64,000 nt of DNA, taken from NCBI GenBank assembly GCA_963811165.1, contig CAWEQH010000010.1:672001-736000 (forward strand), written 5' to 3'. Under the pieces are notes generated by a model. That model saw only the letters and a program-made list of their open reading frames with translations. It was not told the origin of the DNA and did not search any database. Both the position numbers and the translations under genes were made by a program. The DNA comes from an uncultured Nitrospiraceae bacterium. GTDB taxonomy: Bacteria; Nitrospirota; Thermodesulfovibrionia; Thermodesulfovibrionales; UBA6898. Shown here piece after piece: positions 47,751 to 58,316 of this stretch (the stretch's first letter is position 1; each line of letters starts with the position of its first letter).

Positions 47751-49442
47751 ATGCGGTTTTCAAATATGTTCATCCCTACACTAAGAGACGTGCCGGCTGA
47801 TGCCGAGGCGATAAGTCATATCCTCATGCTTCGGGCCGGGTACGTGCGGCAACTCGCCTCGGGCCTTTACATCTACCTTCCGCTGGGCTGGAGGGTCATG
47901 AACAGGATCAATAAGATCATCAGGGAGGAGATGGAGGCGATAGGGGCGCAGGAAGTGTCGATGCCGGTACTGCATCCCGCCGAGATATGGCAGCAGACAG
48001 GGAGGTGGGACGCGATAGGGGACGAGATGTTCCGCCTCAAAGACAGGACCGGCCGTGATATGTGCCTCGGCATGACGCACGAGGAGATCATGACCTGGCT
48101 TGCCTCGAGGGAGATACGCTCTTACCGCGACCTTCCCCAGGTCTGGTACCAGATACAGACGAAGCTCAGGGACGAGGCCAGACCCAAAAGCGGGATACTA
48201 AGGACGAGGGAGTTCATCATGAAAGACAGCTACAGCTTCGATGCCTCCGAAGAGGCCCTCGAAAAAAATTATAAGCTCCACGCCGACGCCTACCACAGGA
48301 TATACGAGCGGTGCGGCCTCAAGTTCTTCATGGTCGAATCCGACCCCGGCATGATGGGCGGAGCGGTCTCACATGAATTCATGGCCCCAAGTCCTGCGGG
48401 AGAAGACCAGGTGGCCATCTGCAAGGGCTGCGGATATTCCGCCAACGTGGAACTGGCACTTTCAATACCCCTTAAGAACGATCCCGTGGATTGGCAGACC
48501 GAAGAGGTCCATACCCCCGAAAAGAGGACGGTTAAGGAGGTCTCTAATTTCCTGAAGCTTTCCCCTTCGTATTTCTTAAAGAGCATACTCGTTATCTCAG
48601 AGAAGGGTCCGGTGCTCGCGCTAGTAAGAGGCGACCAGGAACTCCATGAAAAGAAACTCGCAAAGGTAATCGGCAACCACAGACCCGCACAGAAGGCCGA
48701 GGTGAAGGAAATCCTCGGTGTGGAAGCGGGGTTCATCGGCCCGATGGGGCAAAAGGTAAGGATGGTCGGCGACGAATCCCTCAGGGAAGGCGTGTACGTC
48801 GGTGGCGCCAACAAGCCCCACTACCATATGAAGGGGATAAGGGCGGGGCAGGATTTTCAGGCGGAATGGCACGACATCCATATTGCTAAAGAAGGTGATC
48901 TTTGTGGCAACTGCGGGGCCTCGCTGCAGATCGAACGTGTTATCGAGATAGGCAATATCTTTAAGCTCGGCACAAAATATTCCGCGCCGCTTAAAGCGGT
49001 CTTCCTGGATGAAAACGGCCAGGAAAAACCGGTCATCATGGGGAGCTACGGGATAGGACCGGCCAGGATCGCCGCCGCCGCCATCGAACAGAACAATGAT
49101 AAAGACGGCATGATATGGCCTGACAGCATTTCGCCTTTCGACGTAGAGATACTGCCGCTGAACATCAAGGACGCTAATACGATGGAGGTGGCCGACACGC
49201 TTTACAAAGATCTTGCAAAAAATGGCTTCGAAGTCCTGATGGACGACCGTGACGAAAGGGCAGGAGTAAAGTTCAAAGACGCCGACCTTATCGGCATCCC
49301 CACCCAGATCATCATAGGGGAGAAAAACCTCAAGGAAGGGCTTCTTGAACTCAAAAAAAGAAGGACGAAAGAGGCGGTCAGGGTTAAAGTTGAGAAAGTC
49401 ATGGAATCATTTATAGCCGGAGGCAACCTGAACCCGGCATGA
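47751..49442 (+). CDS. proS: Prolyl-tRNA synthetase (bacterial type with editing domain)
   Basis: THEE, QIQTKLRDEARP, REFIMKDSYSF, EIGNIFKLG, MGSYGIG. Confidence 0.96.
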   Translation: MRFSNMFIPTLRDVPADAEAISHILMLRAGYVRQLASGLYIYLPLGWRVMNRINKIIREEMEAIGAQEVSMPVLHPAEIWQQTGRWDAIGDEMFRLKDRTGRDMCLGMTHEEIMTWLASREIRSYRDLPQVWYQIQTKLRDEARPKSGILRTREFIMKDSYSFDASEEALEKNYKLHADAYHRIYERCGLKFFMVESDPGMMGGAVSHEFMAPSPAGEDQVAICKGCGYSANVELALSIPLKNDPVDWQTEEVHTPEKRTVKEVSNFLKLSPSYFLKSILVISEKGPVLALVRGDQELHEKKLAKVIGNHRPAQKAEVKEILGVEAGFIGPMGQKVRMVGDESLREGVYVGGANKPHYHMKGIRAGQDFQAEWHDIHIAKEGDLCGNCGASLQIERVIEIGNIFKLGTKYSAPLKAVFLDENGQEKPVIMGSYGIGPARIAAAAIEQNNDKDGMIWPDSISPFDVEILPLNIKDANTMEVADTLYKDLAKNGFEVLMDDRDERAGVKFKDADLIGIPTQIIIGEKNLKEGLLELKKRRTKEAVRVKVEKVMESFIAGGNLNPA

Positions 49443-49449
49443 TAGACTG

Positions 49450-49476
49450 AGATGGGCGGAAAGACTCCGCCCATCT
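49450..49476. terminator. Hairpin between convergent proS and the split-Soret cytochrome gene
   Basis: AGATGGGCGGA-AAGAC-TCCGCCCATCT, an 11-bp perfect stem. Confidence 0.65.
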
Positions 49477-49495
49477 ATAGTGTTCTATCTTGAAA

Positions 49496-50294
49496 TTATT
49501 TTTTTGCCAAAGGGGCGTCGGAATGTTTGCGCCGTGGCATTCAGCGCAGTTTTGCTGTGCCGTAATCCCTACGTTTGATACTGCTTTCCATGTGGCCTTT
49601 GGCTTATACGTACCGTCCTTCCAGGCATTCAGGTCCTGGACAAGGTGGTATGCAGCGCTTGCCGTCACACGGGCACACCTGTCTCTTCTTTCAGGACTGC
49701 CGATAGCATAACCGGATGCCTTCATCCATTTTCCGACCGATACATGACAGAGAGGGGATTCGCTCGTCGTCTGGATGATCGCTGTTTTTACCCTCGGTTC
49801 TTTGGGTGTGTAAGAAGGAAGGGGGTTTCGGAATACCATTGCAGGGCGTCAGCGCCGATTGCCGCACCGTTTTCACACTCGGGGCCTGCGATCCTGGGGC
49901 CGATAATCATATTGCTCACAATGTTTGCGCCGGCATTTGAGCCGCATATCGTCCCCCAGCCGACCATTCCCCCTTCAAGAAAAACATAGGCATCAACAGG
50001 AAATGAGGTATAGGGCTCACCCACTTTTTCTCTGAGCTGGCTGAATACGCTGCTGATGACCGCCGCGCCGCAGAATACCCTGTACCATTCGTTATAGGCA
50101 AGTTCCGCGGTTTTTTCAGGGTCGAGTTTTACATACGGCCACGGCCATTTTTCGGTCGACCCGCCCTTTGCTTCAGCTTTTGAAAAGAGACCCAGTCCCC
50201 CCGATGCCAGAGCGGCAATCCCGGCAGCGCCAGCCGCACCTTTGAGAAGCCCCCTTCTCGACAACTTTTCGTCAAACATCTTTGTAACGTCCAT
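49496..50294 (-). CDS. Tat-exported split-Soret cytochrome c-like protein (two single-base deletions in homopolymers)
   Basis: SRRGLLK Tat signal; WPWPYVKLDP, FCGAAV, GWGTICGS, SPLCHVSV, RDRCARV, CAECH. Adding one C at about 49823 and at about 49513 gives a 266-aa ORF. Confidence 0.75.
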
Positions 50295-50344
50295 AATTCA
50301 TTCCTCCTTTAATGATTTTGGGTTCATTTAATTCCCCTGAGACA

Positions 50345-50878
50345 TCAGTGCCCGGCAGCGGGTTTCTGCTCCATCATCTTCATTCGCTTCATTTTTCTTT
50401 TCTCTCTGATCATCTTTGTGTCGTTGTACATATCTTCATAGGCCATCTTCATTACTTCATCGAAGGAAGCGATCTTTCCCTGGTTGGTCTTGATGAAGTT
50501 CTCCGCGCCTTCTTTTCCCTCAAAGGCCCACTTCCCTCTTTTTGACATGACCCCGGGCTTGTTGCCTCCGACCACCCATACGGCCTTCTCTGCATCGATA
50601 AGCTGTCTTCCGTTAAAATCGCCGACCTTGATTGATGTCGGCGTCTTGTCGATATTGTTTGCCATATCCAGCGCAGCGCAATGGACGCTGCATACGGCAG
50701 AGACAGATCCGTCTTTATACTCGATCAACATCCGGGAAAAGTCGAACATGCCTCTATCCATCCCGCACAGCTTGCAGTCTTTGTGAAGATGAATATCATC
50801 CTTTGTATGGGCAGATGCAAGTCCTCCGAAAAGTAAGCATACCGCTATTACGAAACTCGGAACATACATCCTTTTCAT
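50345..50878 (-). CDS. NosL-family exported metal-binding protein
   Basis: CKLCGM...CSVHC; IDAEKA.WV.G...GVM...AF...A..F....G. Confidence 0.82.
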   Translation of the reverse strand: MKRMYVPSFVIAVCLLFGGLASAHTKDDIHLHKDCKLCGMDRGMFDFSRMLIEYKDGSVSAVCSVHCAALDMANNIDKTPTSIKVGDFNGRQLIDAEKAVWVVGGNKPGVMSKRGKWAFEGKEGAENFIKTNQGKIASFDEVMKMAYEDMYNDTKMIREKRKMKRMKMMEQKPAAGH

Positions 50879-51438
50879 CTCACTCCTCCTTTTTTTGTCG
50901 GTTGCTTCCTTGTACCGGATACCATTTTTTTATGCACATAAGATATGCTGATTGCCCCGCTCCTCTCCATGAAGGAGAACTGAAGAAAAAGACATGCCTG
51001 CTGAGAGAACAATAAGAAGGAAAAATAATTTGGTATAAGTCATGATTGATCCTTTTTATTATTGATAGATAATTATATAAAAAGTATACCAGAACGCGCA
51101 CTCAAGTCAAATTTGCATTAATAGATTATCTATATTTTCAATTTATAGTAAAACAATGCAAAATCTAAATCAAGCGCAATAAATACGAATCAACAACGCG
51201 TTTATATACTCCACTTAGTACTTGGGATAGACGCCGGCTGGACCTGCCGGCTGAACGATTTCCTGACTCTTTTTTTTTAAAAGACAAGTTCAATCATATT
51301 ATGAATTTCAGATAGCGTTATCACATTTCTGTATATTTCTTCTCGTGTCCTTAATGAAAAGATACAAAAAAATATTGTTAATCAGACAGTTTTATTTTCT
51401 TTCTTTGTGGTATGTTTATTGCAGAGTTTATTGACTAT

Positions 51439-51804
51439 ATGGCAACAATATTAGTCGTGGATGACGAATCTTCTATCAGGGAGTTACTCTCACATCTGCT
51501 GAGAAGGGTCTCCACCGTCATAACAAGCCATAGCCTGAAAGATGCGCGGACCGCGCTCTTGACCGATAAATTCGATCTCGTTATTTCCGATCTTCGGCTG
51601 GATGGATCGAATGGCAGAGAAGGCCTTGAACTCTTACGTTACATCCGGGAAATCAGTCCCGATACAAAGGTGATACTCATGTCCGGTTACGCCACCGAAG
51701 CGATCAAGAAGGAAGCATACAGGCTGGGCGCCGCGTGTTTTATGGAAAAGCCGATAAATATCTCTCACCTTTTTTCGAAGGTCCAGTTGCTCAACACCAA
51801 ATAG
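51439..51804 (+). CDS. Single-domain response regulator
   Basis: ILVVDDE, DLVISDLRL, VILMSGY, EKP. Confidence 0.88.
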   Translation: MATILVVDDESSIRELLSHLLRRVSTVITSHSLKDARTALLTDKFDLVISDLRLDGSNGREGLELLRYIREISPDTKVILMSGYATEAIKKEAYRLGAACFMEKPINISHLFSKVQLLNTK

Positions 51805-51808
51805 CTCT

Positions 51809-53653
51809 CTACTCATCCGCAGCCCCGGTAAGTCCCTCTCCCGAATGCTTCGAGGTATGTTCTTCTTCGCCCTCACTCCCGGCCGCAGCGCCTTCCTTTC
51901 CGGCTTCGTCTTTTCTAGGCCGTCTTGACCTCCCCCTGCGCCAGTATCTGCGTTTACGCTGCACCTTTTCCTGAACCTTCTGTTCTTCCGCCGCCGGAGC
52001 CGCGCCCTTTTCCGTTTCTTCCATATCCGCACTTCCCGTATCGACATCGGAAGGTCCTTTTGCACCAACTTCGGGGTGCGCTTTTCCGCCAACCTCGTCC
52101 CGGGCTTTGTCCCTCCCCCTCACCTTATGAGGATGCGCTTTATGGAGATGCTCCTCTTTGGGCTTTTCATGTTCGCCGGTTTTTACCTCGCCCGCCTTCT
52201 CCGTCTCTATGACATGATGACCCAGTAACTTTCTGTCGGCAAGGAACGTGATCTTGACCCCGTATTCCTTTTCAGCGCTGCGGATGTCCTCAAATTTGCT
52301 GTTGACCAGGTAGTTCATGGCCTCCACAGGGAGGCGGCATGTGATTCCCAAAAGGCCGCCTTTAGATGCAATCGTAAGGACTTCCCTGAAAGCGGATATC
52401 GCAATCATCTCTTCGTTTCTCACAATCCCCAGTCCGTCGCAGACCTCGCACTTTTTGTTCACCGTCTCGAAGTAGGCCGGCCTCATCCTCTCCCTCGTCA
52501 TTTCGACGATCCCGAACTTCGAGATGTTCGTAATCTCAGCATGCGCCTTGTCGGATTCCATCGCATCCATCAGCCTGGTTTCAAGTTCCCTCCTGTTCTT
52601 GGAAGAAACCATATCGATAAAATCGATCACGATCAATCCGCCGATGTCCCTCAGTCTGAGCTGCCGTGCAATCTCATCGGCCGCTTCCAGGTTCGTCCTG
52701 AGCGCCGTAGACTCGACGTTCTCCTCCTTCCTGGACCTCCCGGAATTCACGTCGATTGCCGTAAGGGCCTCTGTCTTATCGATGACCACATATCCCCTGG
52801 ACGGCAGGTGCACGTATCTCTCGCTTAACTTTGCGATCTGGTCCTCGATATTGTGCATTGAGAAGATCGGCTTCTTGTCCTTGTAGAATTTGATATTGAT
52901 CTTCCGCCAGGGCACGGTCTTTTTCAGAAACTCCTTCGTTCCTTTAAATGCTTCCTGATCGTCGATGAGCACCTCGCTCACGTCGGAGGTCAGGTAATCC
53001 CTCACCGTCCTTACCGCAATGTCTTGCTCCTTGTAAATGAGGGCAGGCGCGGAGGCCTTTTTTGCCTCGGCCTGGATCTTGTTCCAGAGTTTCGTAAGAT
53101 ATTTGAGGTCGTTTTCGAGGTCTTCACCGGTCTTGTCGCTGCCGGCAGTCCTGAGGATAAATCCCATCTTTTTGGGAAGCTTAAGGGCGTGGAATATTTC
53201 TTTGAGACGCTCCCTGTCGTCCCGGTCCTCGATCTTTCTGGATATACCCACCCTCTCCTGGCCGGGCATCATGACTATGTATCTGCCCGGGATCGAGATA
53301 TAGGTCGTAAGGCTTGCGCCTTTTGTGTCCCTCTCGTCTTTTTCGACCTGCACGATCAGTTCCTGCCCCTTCTGCAGGTCCTGAACGCGTGGCCTTTTGC
53401 CCGCGGGCGTGTTGACGAAGAACTCCGGATTGATCTCTCTCAGCTGTAAAAAACCGTGCTTCTTCGGTCCGAAATTAACAAATACCGCCTGAAGTCCAGG
53501 TTCGATTCTGGCAATGCTGCCTTTATAAATATTCCCTTTGAGATGCTCCTTCCCTGACCCCTCGACATAGAAGTCGACGAGTATGTCACCATCGACAATA
53601 GCAACCCTTTTTTCCTCGGCGTACATCGCGTTTATCAATATCTTCTTTTTCAT
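51809..53653 (-). CDS. Ribonuclease E/G family
   Basis: GNIYKG S1 domain, TAIDVNSG, RLRDIGGLIVIDFIDM, CxxC Zn link, disordered Arg-rich tail. Confidence 0.93.
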   Translation of the reverse strand: MKKKILINAMYAEEKRVAIVDGDILVDFYVEGSGKEHLKGNIYKGSIARIEPGLQAVFVNFGPKKHGFLQLREINPEFFVNTPAGKRPRVQDLQKGQELIVQVEKDERDTKGASLTTYISIPGRYIVMMPGQERVGISRKIEDRDDRERLKEIFHALKLPKKMGFILRTAGSDKTGEDLENDLKYLTKLWNKIQAEAKKASAPALIYKEQDIAVRTVRDYLTSDVSEVLIDDQEAFKGTKEFLKKTVPWRKINIKFYKDKKPIFSMHNIEDQIAKLSERYVHLPSRGYVVIDKTEALTAIDVNSGRSRKEENVESTALRTNLEAADEIARQLRLRDIGGLIVIDFIDMVSSKNRRELETRLMDAMESDKAHAEITNISKFGIVEMTRERMRPAYFETVNKKCEVCDGLGIVRNEEMIAISAFREVLTIASKGGLLGITCRLPVEAMNYLVNSKFEDIRSAEKEYGVKITFLADRKLLGHHVIETEKAGEVKTGEHEKPKEEHLHKAHPHKVRGRDKARDEVGGKAHPEVGAKGPSDVDTGSADMEETEKGAAPAAEEQKVQEKVQRKRRYWRRGRSRRPRKDEAGKEGAAAGSEGEEEHTSKHSGEGLTGAADE

Positions 53654-53660
53654 ACCGGTC

Positions 53661-53954
53661 TCACATTACCTCTTTCTTATCACCAAAAATTTTTGCGATC
53701 TCGGCGTCGAGTTCCTCATGCAGTAATAAAAGCGCCTCGCTCACCGGAAGCTCAGGATACTTTATGATCGCCTCGATGACCTCCTCGATAGGAAAATCGA
53801 AAAAATGTCCGTCGGCGTATACGATCCTGAGGAACGGCCTCTTGAGTAAAAAACAGCGCTTTTTCCGGCCATCCCTGTCTGTAAAAGGAATGATGACATG
53901 TTCATGGTCTTCATCGAGTCCATAGCGCCTTATCAGCTCCTTTATCGCTTCCAT
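53661..53954 (-). CDS. Hypothetical protein
   Basis: 97-aa ORF tightly packed in the ychF-to-RNase E/G run. Confidence 0.65.
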   Translation of the reverse strand: MEAIKELIRRYGLDEDHEHVIIPFTDRDGRKKRCFLLKRPFLRIVYADGHFFDFPIEEVIEAIIKYPELPVSEALLLLHEELDAEIAKIFGDKKEVM

Positions 53955-53966
53955 ATCTTACTTGCA

Positions 53967-54332
53967 TCACGACGCCGGCGTTTCATCTGCCGGTGAGATC
54001 ATCATAGAGGCCCATATCGAAAACGGGTCAGGATCGATCTCCTCTATCCCGTCGGGAAATGTCTTCATAAACACTTCTCTGTTTTTGAGATATCGCACCA
54101 CCATGGCGTCTATGACTTCCCTGCGCTCGGCCTTCAGCACGTCTTTCGAACCGCGCGCCTCGACAATCTTTCTGACAAGCTCGTTGACCTTTTCACGTTC
54201 GTTTTCGAGAAGTCTGAGGTTGCCTTCTTCTCCCCTGTCTTGCGCCCTCTTTATCGAGTCAAGCATCTCCTGATGCGCAAGAAGCTGCTTCATCGCCTTG
54301 ACGCTGTTTTCGAAGATCTCCTGCGCCTTCAT
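53967..54332 (-). CDS. Hypothetical protein
   Basis: 121-aa helical ORF with AGGAG RBS. Confidence 0.65.
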   Translation of the reverse strand: MKAQEIFENSVKAMKQLLAHQEMLDSIKRAQDRGEEGNLRLLENEREKVNELVRKIVEARGSKDVLKAERREVIDAMVVRYLKNREVFMKTFPDGIEEIDPDPFSIWASMMISPADETPAS

Positions 54333-54418
54333 CTCGCTCCTGACATAGTGTCACACTTTTTCATTATACATCACGGTACTCCGAATACAATTCTCCGTTA
54401 CCGCTTGAAACCGCATAA

Positions 54419-55504
54419 TTATACATTAAATCTGAAATTGATGATATCACCGTCCCTCACCTCGTAGGTCTTTCCTTCGAGTCTTAGAAGTCCCTTGTCC
54501 CGCGCCGCCGACATGTTCCCCCCGGAGATAAAATCCTCGTAAGAGACCACCTCAGCCCTGATAAACCCCCTCTCGATATCCGAATGGATCTTTCCGGCCG
54601 CCTTCTGCGCGCTCATACCCTTCCTGATCGTCCAGGCCCTCACCTCGTCCTCTCCGGCAGTAAGAAATGAGATGAGGCCCAGGAGGTCGTAAGAGACATG
54701 GATAAGTTTGTTCAATGCCGGTTCCTTTATCCCGAGGTCATCGAGAAAGGCGGCCGCCTCTTCCGGGGGCAGCTGGGCTATCTCCATCTCGATCTTGCCG
54801 CAGAGACTGAGGACCCTCACTTTCTTGTCCGTGAAGTATGCCTTGAGCGACGCAACGATCCCGGCGGTTTTTTCAGAATTCATCTCCTTCTCCCCGACAT
54901 TCACCACAGTCACTAACGGTTTTATCGACATAAACTGAAGGTGGCTCATCGCCTTCTGTTCTTCTTCGGAGAATTCTACGTCCCTGAGGGCCTTCTCCCC
55001 CTCAAGGACCCCTTTACATTTCAGGAGCAGCTTTTTTTCTCCCTCGTCCGGCTTCTTTCCCCTCTTGACCCCCTGCTCCATCCTCTCAAGGCGTTTATCG
55101 ACAAGCTCCAGGTCGCCGAATATCATCTCGAGTTCGACCGTCTCTGCGTCCCTCTTGGGGTCGATACCGCCCAGAGGATGGGCCACCGTCTCGTCCTCAA
55201 ACCCCCTGATCACATGGACCACGGCCTCGACGTCCTTCACCAGATCGAAGACCTTGCGGTTTTGTTCCATGTCGCCTTTCGTAAGGCCTATATAATCGAT
55301 ATATTCGACCGTCGCGTAGGTCGTCTTCTTGGGCTTGAAGATCTGGGTGAGCTTCTCTATCCTGGCATCCGGCACCTTCACCACGCCGTGGTGGGGCTCC
55401 GGAACTACGGTCGCATAAATCGTGGTCTCAAGGTCCATGCCGGTAAGCGCGTTAAAGATCGTCGTCTTCCCGGAATTCGCAAGTCCTGTTATGGCTATCT
55501 TCAC
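54419..55504 (-). CDS. ychF: Obg-like ATPase YchF
   Basis: GLANSGKTTIFNALT, VKVPD.R, AAGKIHSDIERGFIRAE, RLEGKTY.V.DGDII.FRFNV. Confidence 0.93.
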   Translation of the reverse strand: MKIAITGLANSGKTTIFNALTGMDLETTIYATVVPEPHHGVVKVPDARIEKLTQIFKPKKTTYATVEYIDYIGLTKGDMEQNRKVFDLVKDVEAVVHVIRGFEDETVAHPLGGIDPKRDAETVELEMIFGDLELVDKRLERMEQGVKRGKKPDEGEKKLLLKCKGVLEGEKALRDVEFSEEEQKAMSHLQFMSIKPLVTVVNVGEKEMNSEKTAGIVASLKAYFTDKKVRVLSLCGKIEMEIAQLPPEEAAAFLDDLGIKEPALNKLIHVSYDLLGLISFLTAGEDEVRAWTIRKGMSAQKAAGKIHSDIERGFIRAEVVSYEDFISGGNMSAARDKGLLRLEGKTYEVRDGDIINFRFNV

Positions 55505-55580
55505 TCTGTTCTCCTTATTCCTGAATAGGTGCTATTATACCCTATCGGCAGTGCCGAAAGCATGGGGAAGGAGTGAGGCT

Positions 55581-56105
55581 ATGACTTCAAAAGACAGTGA
55601 AAAGCTTGAGATCGTGGACGCTAAGGGAAATGTGATGGGCTTGGGCGAAAGGTCGGAACTGCATCGAAACCCCGGCCTCATCCACAGGGTAGTGCATGTC
55701 CTGGTTTTCAATAAAAAAGGCGAACTGCTGCTTCAGAAGAGGTCTCAAAAAAAGGACGTCGCCCCCGGCAAATGGGACACCTCCGTGGGAGGACACGTCG
55801 CCCCCGGAGAGGATGCCCTTGCAGCAGCAAAGAGGGAGATGGAGGAGGAACTCGGCATAAAAGGCTGCGAACTGCAGCACCTATACCGCTATCTTTTCTC
55901 CAACCACCGGGAATCGGAACTCGTAACTACCTACTCATGCATGTATGACGGAGAAGCGGTCTTCAACCGGGAAGAGATCGACGAGGTCGCCTTCTGGGAC
56001 ATAAAAAGGATAAGGGAAACCCTCGGCGCCGGGACCTTCAGCGGCCACTTTGAAAAGGAGATACGGCGTTATCTTAAGATAGAGAACGACAGAACGATTT
56101 TGTAG
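55581..56105 (+). CDS. NUDIX hydrolase (Idi/YfcD-like)
   Basis: HRVVHVLVFN, LLQKRS..K, GGHV..GE....AA.REMEEELGI. Confidence 0.88.
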   Translation: MTSKDSEKLEIVDAKGNVMGLGERSELHRNPGLIHRVVHVLVFNKKGELLLQKRSQKKDVAPGKWDTSVGGHVAPGEDALAAAKREMEEELGIKGCELQHLYRYLFSNHRESELVTTYSCMYDGEAVFNREEIDEVAFWDIKRIRETLGAGTFSGHFEKEIRRYLKIENDRTIL

Positions 56106-56129
56106 GGGCAATTCACGAATTGCCCCTAC
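56102..56129. repeat. GTAG-type REP palindrome
   Basis: GTAGGGGCAATTC-AC-GAATTGCCCCTAC. Confidence 0.7.
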
Positions 56130-56236
56130 CTCCGTTATTTCAGCTTTCTATAGCGCGCCGGCAACTTTTGCGCCCCTGCGCAACTCGTCATAGTCCTTAT
56201 CCTTCACAGGTACAAAACCTTTCACTCAATCAATTA

Positions 56237-57859
56237 TCAATATGCCCAGTAGGGGCCGCTGCCCAGACTGGAACCTCTTCCTTCGAACCCCACATAGACG
56301 TTTCGGCCTAAGAAAAAAGGCAGCCCCCAATCGAAGTCCGTCGAATTCCCGCCGATTTCTGCAAATACCCAATTTGACGAACTGATGAGACTGACGAAAT
56401 TCCCTATCTGGAATGAGACAACGCCGCCCGGCAACCCTGAGGCTCCCGTATTGGTGGCAGAAAGGCTTGTTGTGGACGACGGACAAAACCAATCCGAAAA
56501 CGGGAACGCGCAGTTTGGAAGCAGGTTTGAAGAAGGGGAGGAGAAAAAAAGCCCGTTCGTGCCGCTGTCGATGAAACTGTTTTTGTAAGGGACGCCATCG
56601 ACGGTTGTAACAAATTCTCCTAAGAGGTTGGCCGTATATGTCGTCACTGCGGAAGGCATGTTGTTCGACCTGGTGTCGATGCCGAGTATTAGGGAACCGT
56701 TGACCGACGGTGATCCGCCGGAAGGAACGTCAGGAAGCTCAACAATTACGCCGTTATTGTCTTGGGGGAGAAGCGCCACCGGGTTTTGGACCTGACTGGA
56801 AAGAGCGACAGCAGTCCCGCTGCAAATCGACCCGCTGCAGGCGTAATATATCCCGATATCGGCACTGTCTTCACATGCCTGACCGCAGTCTTCAATAAAG
56901 AGACCGACCCCCAGGACTCCGTTGAAGCCGGCGGCTTCGGGACTTGGGTCCGCGTTTCGGCATTCATGAGGACGGGAACCGAACGTCGAGTCGATTACCT
57001 GGATCGGGACCTCAACGGCGGGTTCATTTCCCAAAATAACGCTCGCCGTCTGAACGGGTCCCCAGTTCGAAGTGCCGTCTCCATATTGGACGCATTCGGT
57101 CAGCGCCCCGGAAGCGACTGTCTCCTGTAAAAGAGAAACGCCCAGCGCCTGTTTGAAAATCCGCAGACCGTAACTTCCGGTATCAAGCAGGATGTCATCG
57201 ATCCTCTGACAATTCGAAGTGCCGGGGGTACAAACCGTGACGCTGACGCAAGGTTTGTTGGGATAGGAGTCGGCCGAACAGAGCGATCCGTTTACGCTGA
57301 TGGGCAGTACGTTATTCGCTACCTCAATGGCAGTTGTCCACAGGTAGTAACTATCGAGACTACCCTCAGGCGTCACTAAAAGGTAAGCGGTATAGGTCCC
57401 CGGAGGCAGTGACGAGACAGGAATCTCCCCCAGTGCGGATGCTAATGACTCATTCACCCCGTCAGATGCATTTATCTTCCATGGCGATAGTCCTTCATGA
57501 AACGGATCCGAAACCGACAGCGGGATAAAAGTATCATTCATCGTCAATACGTAAATGTTTTGAGGGTTTATAGCCGGTGCAAAATATCCGAAGTAGATGT
57601 CAACCGGACCTGAGAACGGGGCAAGGCCTACCTTAACACTTATCGTATCTCCCCCTGAGGCAGCGGGACCAATTCCAATGGGCATGGCCTGCGAAGGGTC
57701 CGTGCTAATAATCGGCGTAGCTACAGGCCCACGCAGCGGAAATCTTTCCTGCCCGGAAGGTACGGCCATTGACAAAGCAGCATGACCGAGGGGCAGGGCA
57801 AAGGCATTGCTTATGACAACGAAGGCCAGAGAAAAAAGGAGAAATTTACCTGATTTCAT
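56237..57859 (-). CDS. DUF3443-family exported protein with an extra N-terminal domain
   Basis: N.PCVSVTVC.PGTS.CQ.ID.ILLDTGSYGLR, NGVLGVG, VQNPV..L..DNNG, SFIDSGTN, FDWGLPFF.GR.VY. Confidence 0.82.
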   Translation of the reverse strand: MKSGKFLLFSLAFVVISNAFALPLGHAALSMAVPSGQERFPLRGPVATPIISTDPSQAMPIGIGPAASGGDTISVKVGLAPFSGPVDIYFGYFAPAINPQNIYVLTMNDTFIPLSVSDPFHEGLSPWKINASDGVNESLASALGEIPVSSLPPGTYTAYLLVTPEGSLDSYYLWTTAIEVANNVLPISVNGSLCSADSYPNKPCVSVTVCTPGTSNCQRIDDILLDTGSYGLRIFKQALGVSLLQETVASGALTECVQYGDGTSNWGPVQTASVILGNEPAVEVPIQVIDSTFGSRPHECRNADPSPEAAGFNGVLGVGLFIEDCGQACEDSADIGIYYACSGSICSGTAVALSSQVQNPVALLPQDNNGVIVELPDVPSGGSPSVNGSLILGIDTRSNNMPSAVTTYTANLLGEFVTTVDGVPYKNSFIDSGTNGLFFSSPSSNLLPNCAFPFSDWFCPSSTTSLSATNTGASGLPGGVVSFQIGNFVSLISSSNWVFAEIGGNSTDFDWGLPFFLGRNVYVGFEGRGSSLGSGPYWAY

Positions 57860-58316
57860 CGACGCGCACTCCTGCGGGGATTAAAGCCGGAGCGTAGGCA
57901 CGCCCCTGCAGGTTCCTCATGTGGCCCCATTTCTCTACCACGACCTGGTCCGTTTTCACCTCTAGCCGCCTTCGGCCCGGTTTACGCGGGGTCTGCTTGA
58001 GGGCTTCATAATATTCTCCGGAGTAGGAGCCCAGAAGCTGCATAAGATCGGGATGGACCAGTCCGTTCCAGGCTATCCCGAATACGATGCCGGATTGCGA
58101 AACGTATTCCCTGACGACGGAGGAACCGGACCCGACCTCCTGGACCGTATAGCCTTTGCGGACAGAAGCAGCATGCCTTACAGCGGAAAGGGCATTTCTA
58201 TCCGACTCGACTGAATCGGCTGATTCGCCGAGCGTACCGTGCGCCTGTTGGGCAAGCGCAAAAAAAATCCCTAAAAGGCATATGCCGGGAAACAGGGCAT
58301 ATAATTTTATTTTCAT
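57846..58316 (-). CDS. DUF2844-family exported protein
   Basis: Signal peptide, LG, VREYV...G.VFGIAW.G...PDL.QLLGSY, GHM....GRAY.P.L.P.GV. Confidence 0.85.
   Translation of the reverse strand: MKIKLYALFPGICLLGIFFALAQQAHGTLGESADSVESDRNALSAVRHAASVRKGYTVQEVGSGSSVVREYVSQSGIVFGIAWNGLVHPDLMQLLGSYSGEYYEALKQTPRKPGRRRLEVKTDQVVVEKWGHMRNLQGRAYAPALIPAGVRVDEIR

Noticed and set aside
49411..49839. Separate 142-aa cytochrome overlapping proS
   Set aside because: It is the 3' half of the split-Soret gene; restoring two bases gives one ORF ending at 49496, before the terminator.
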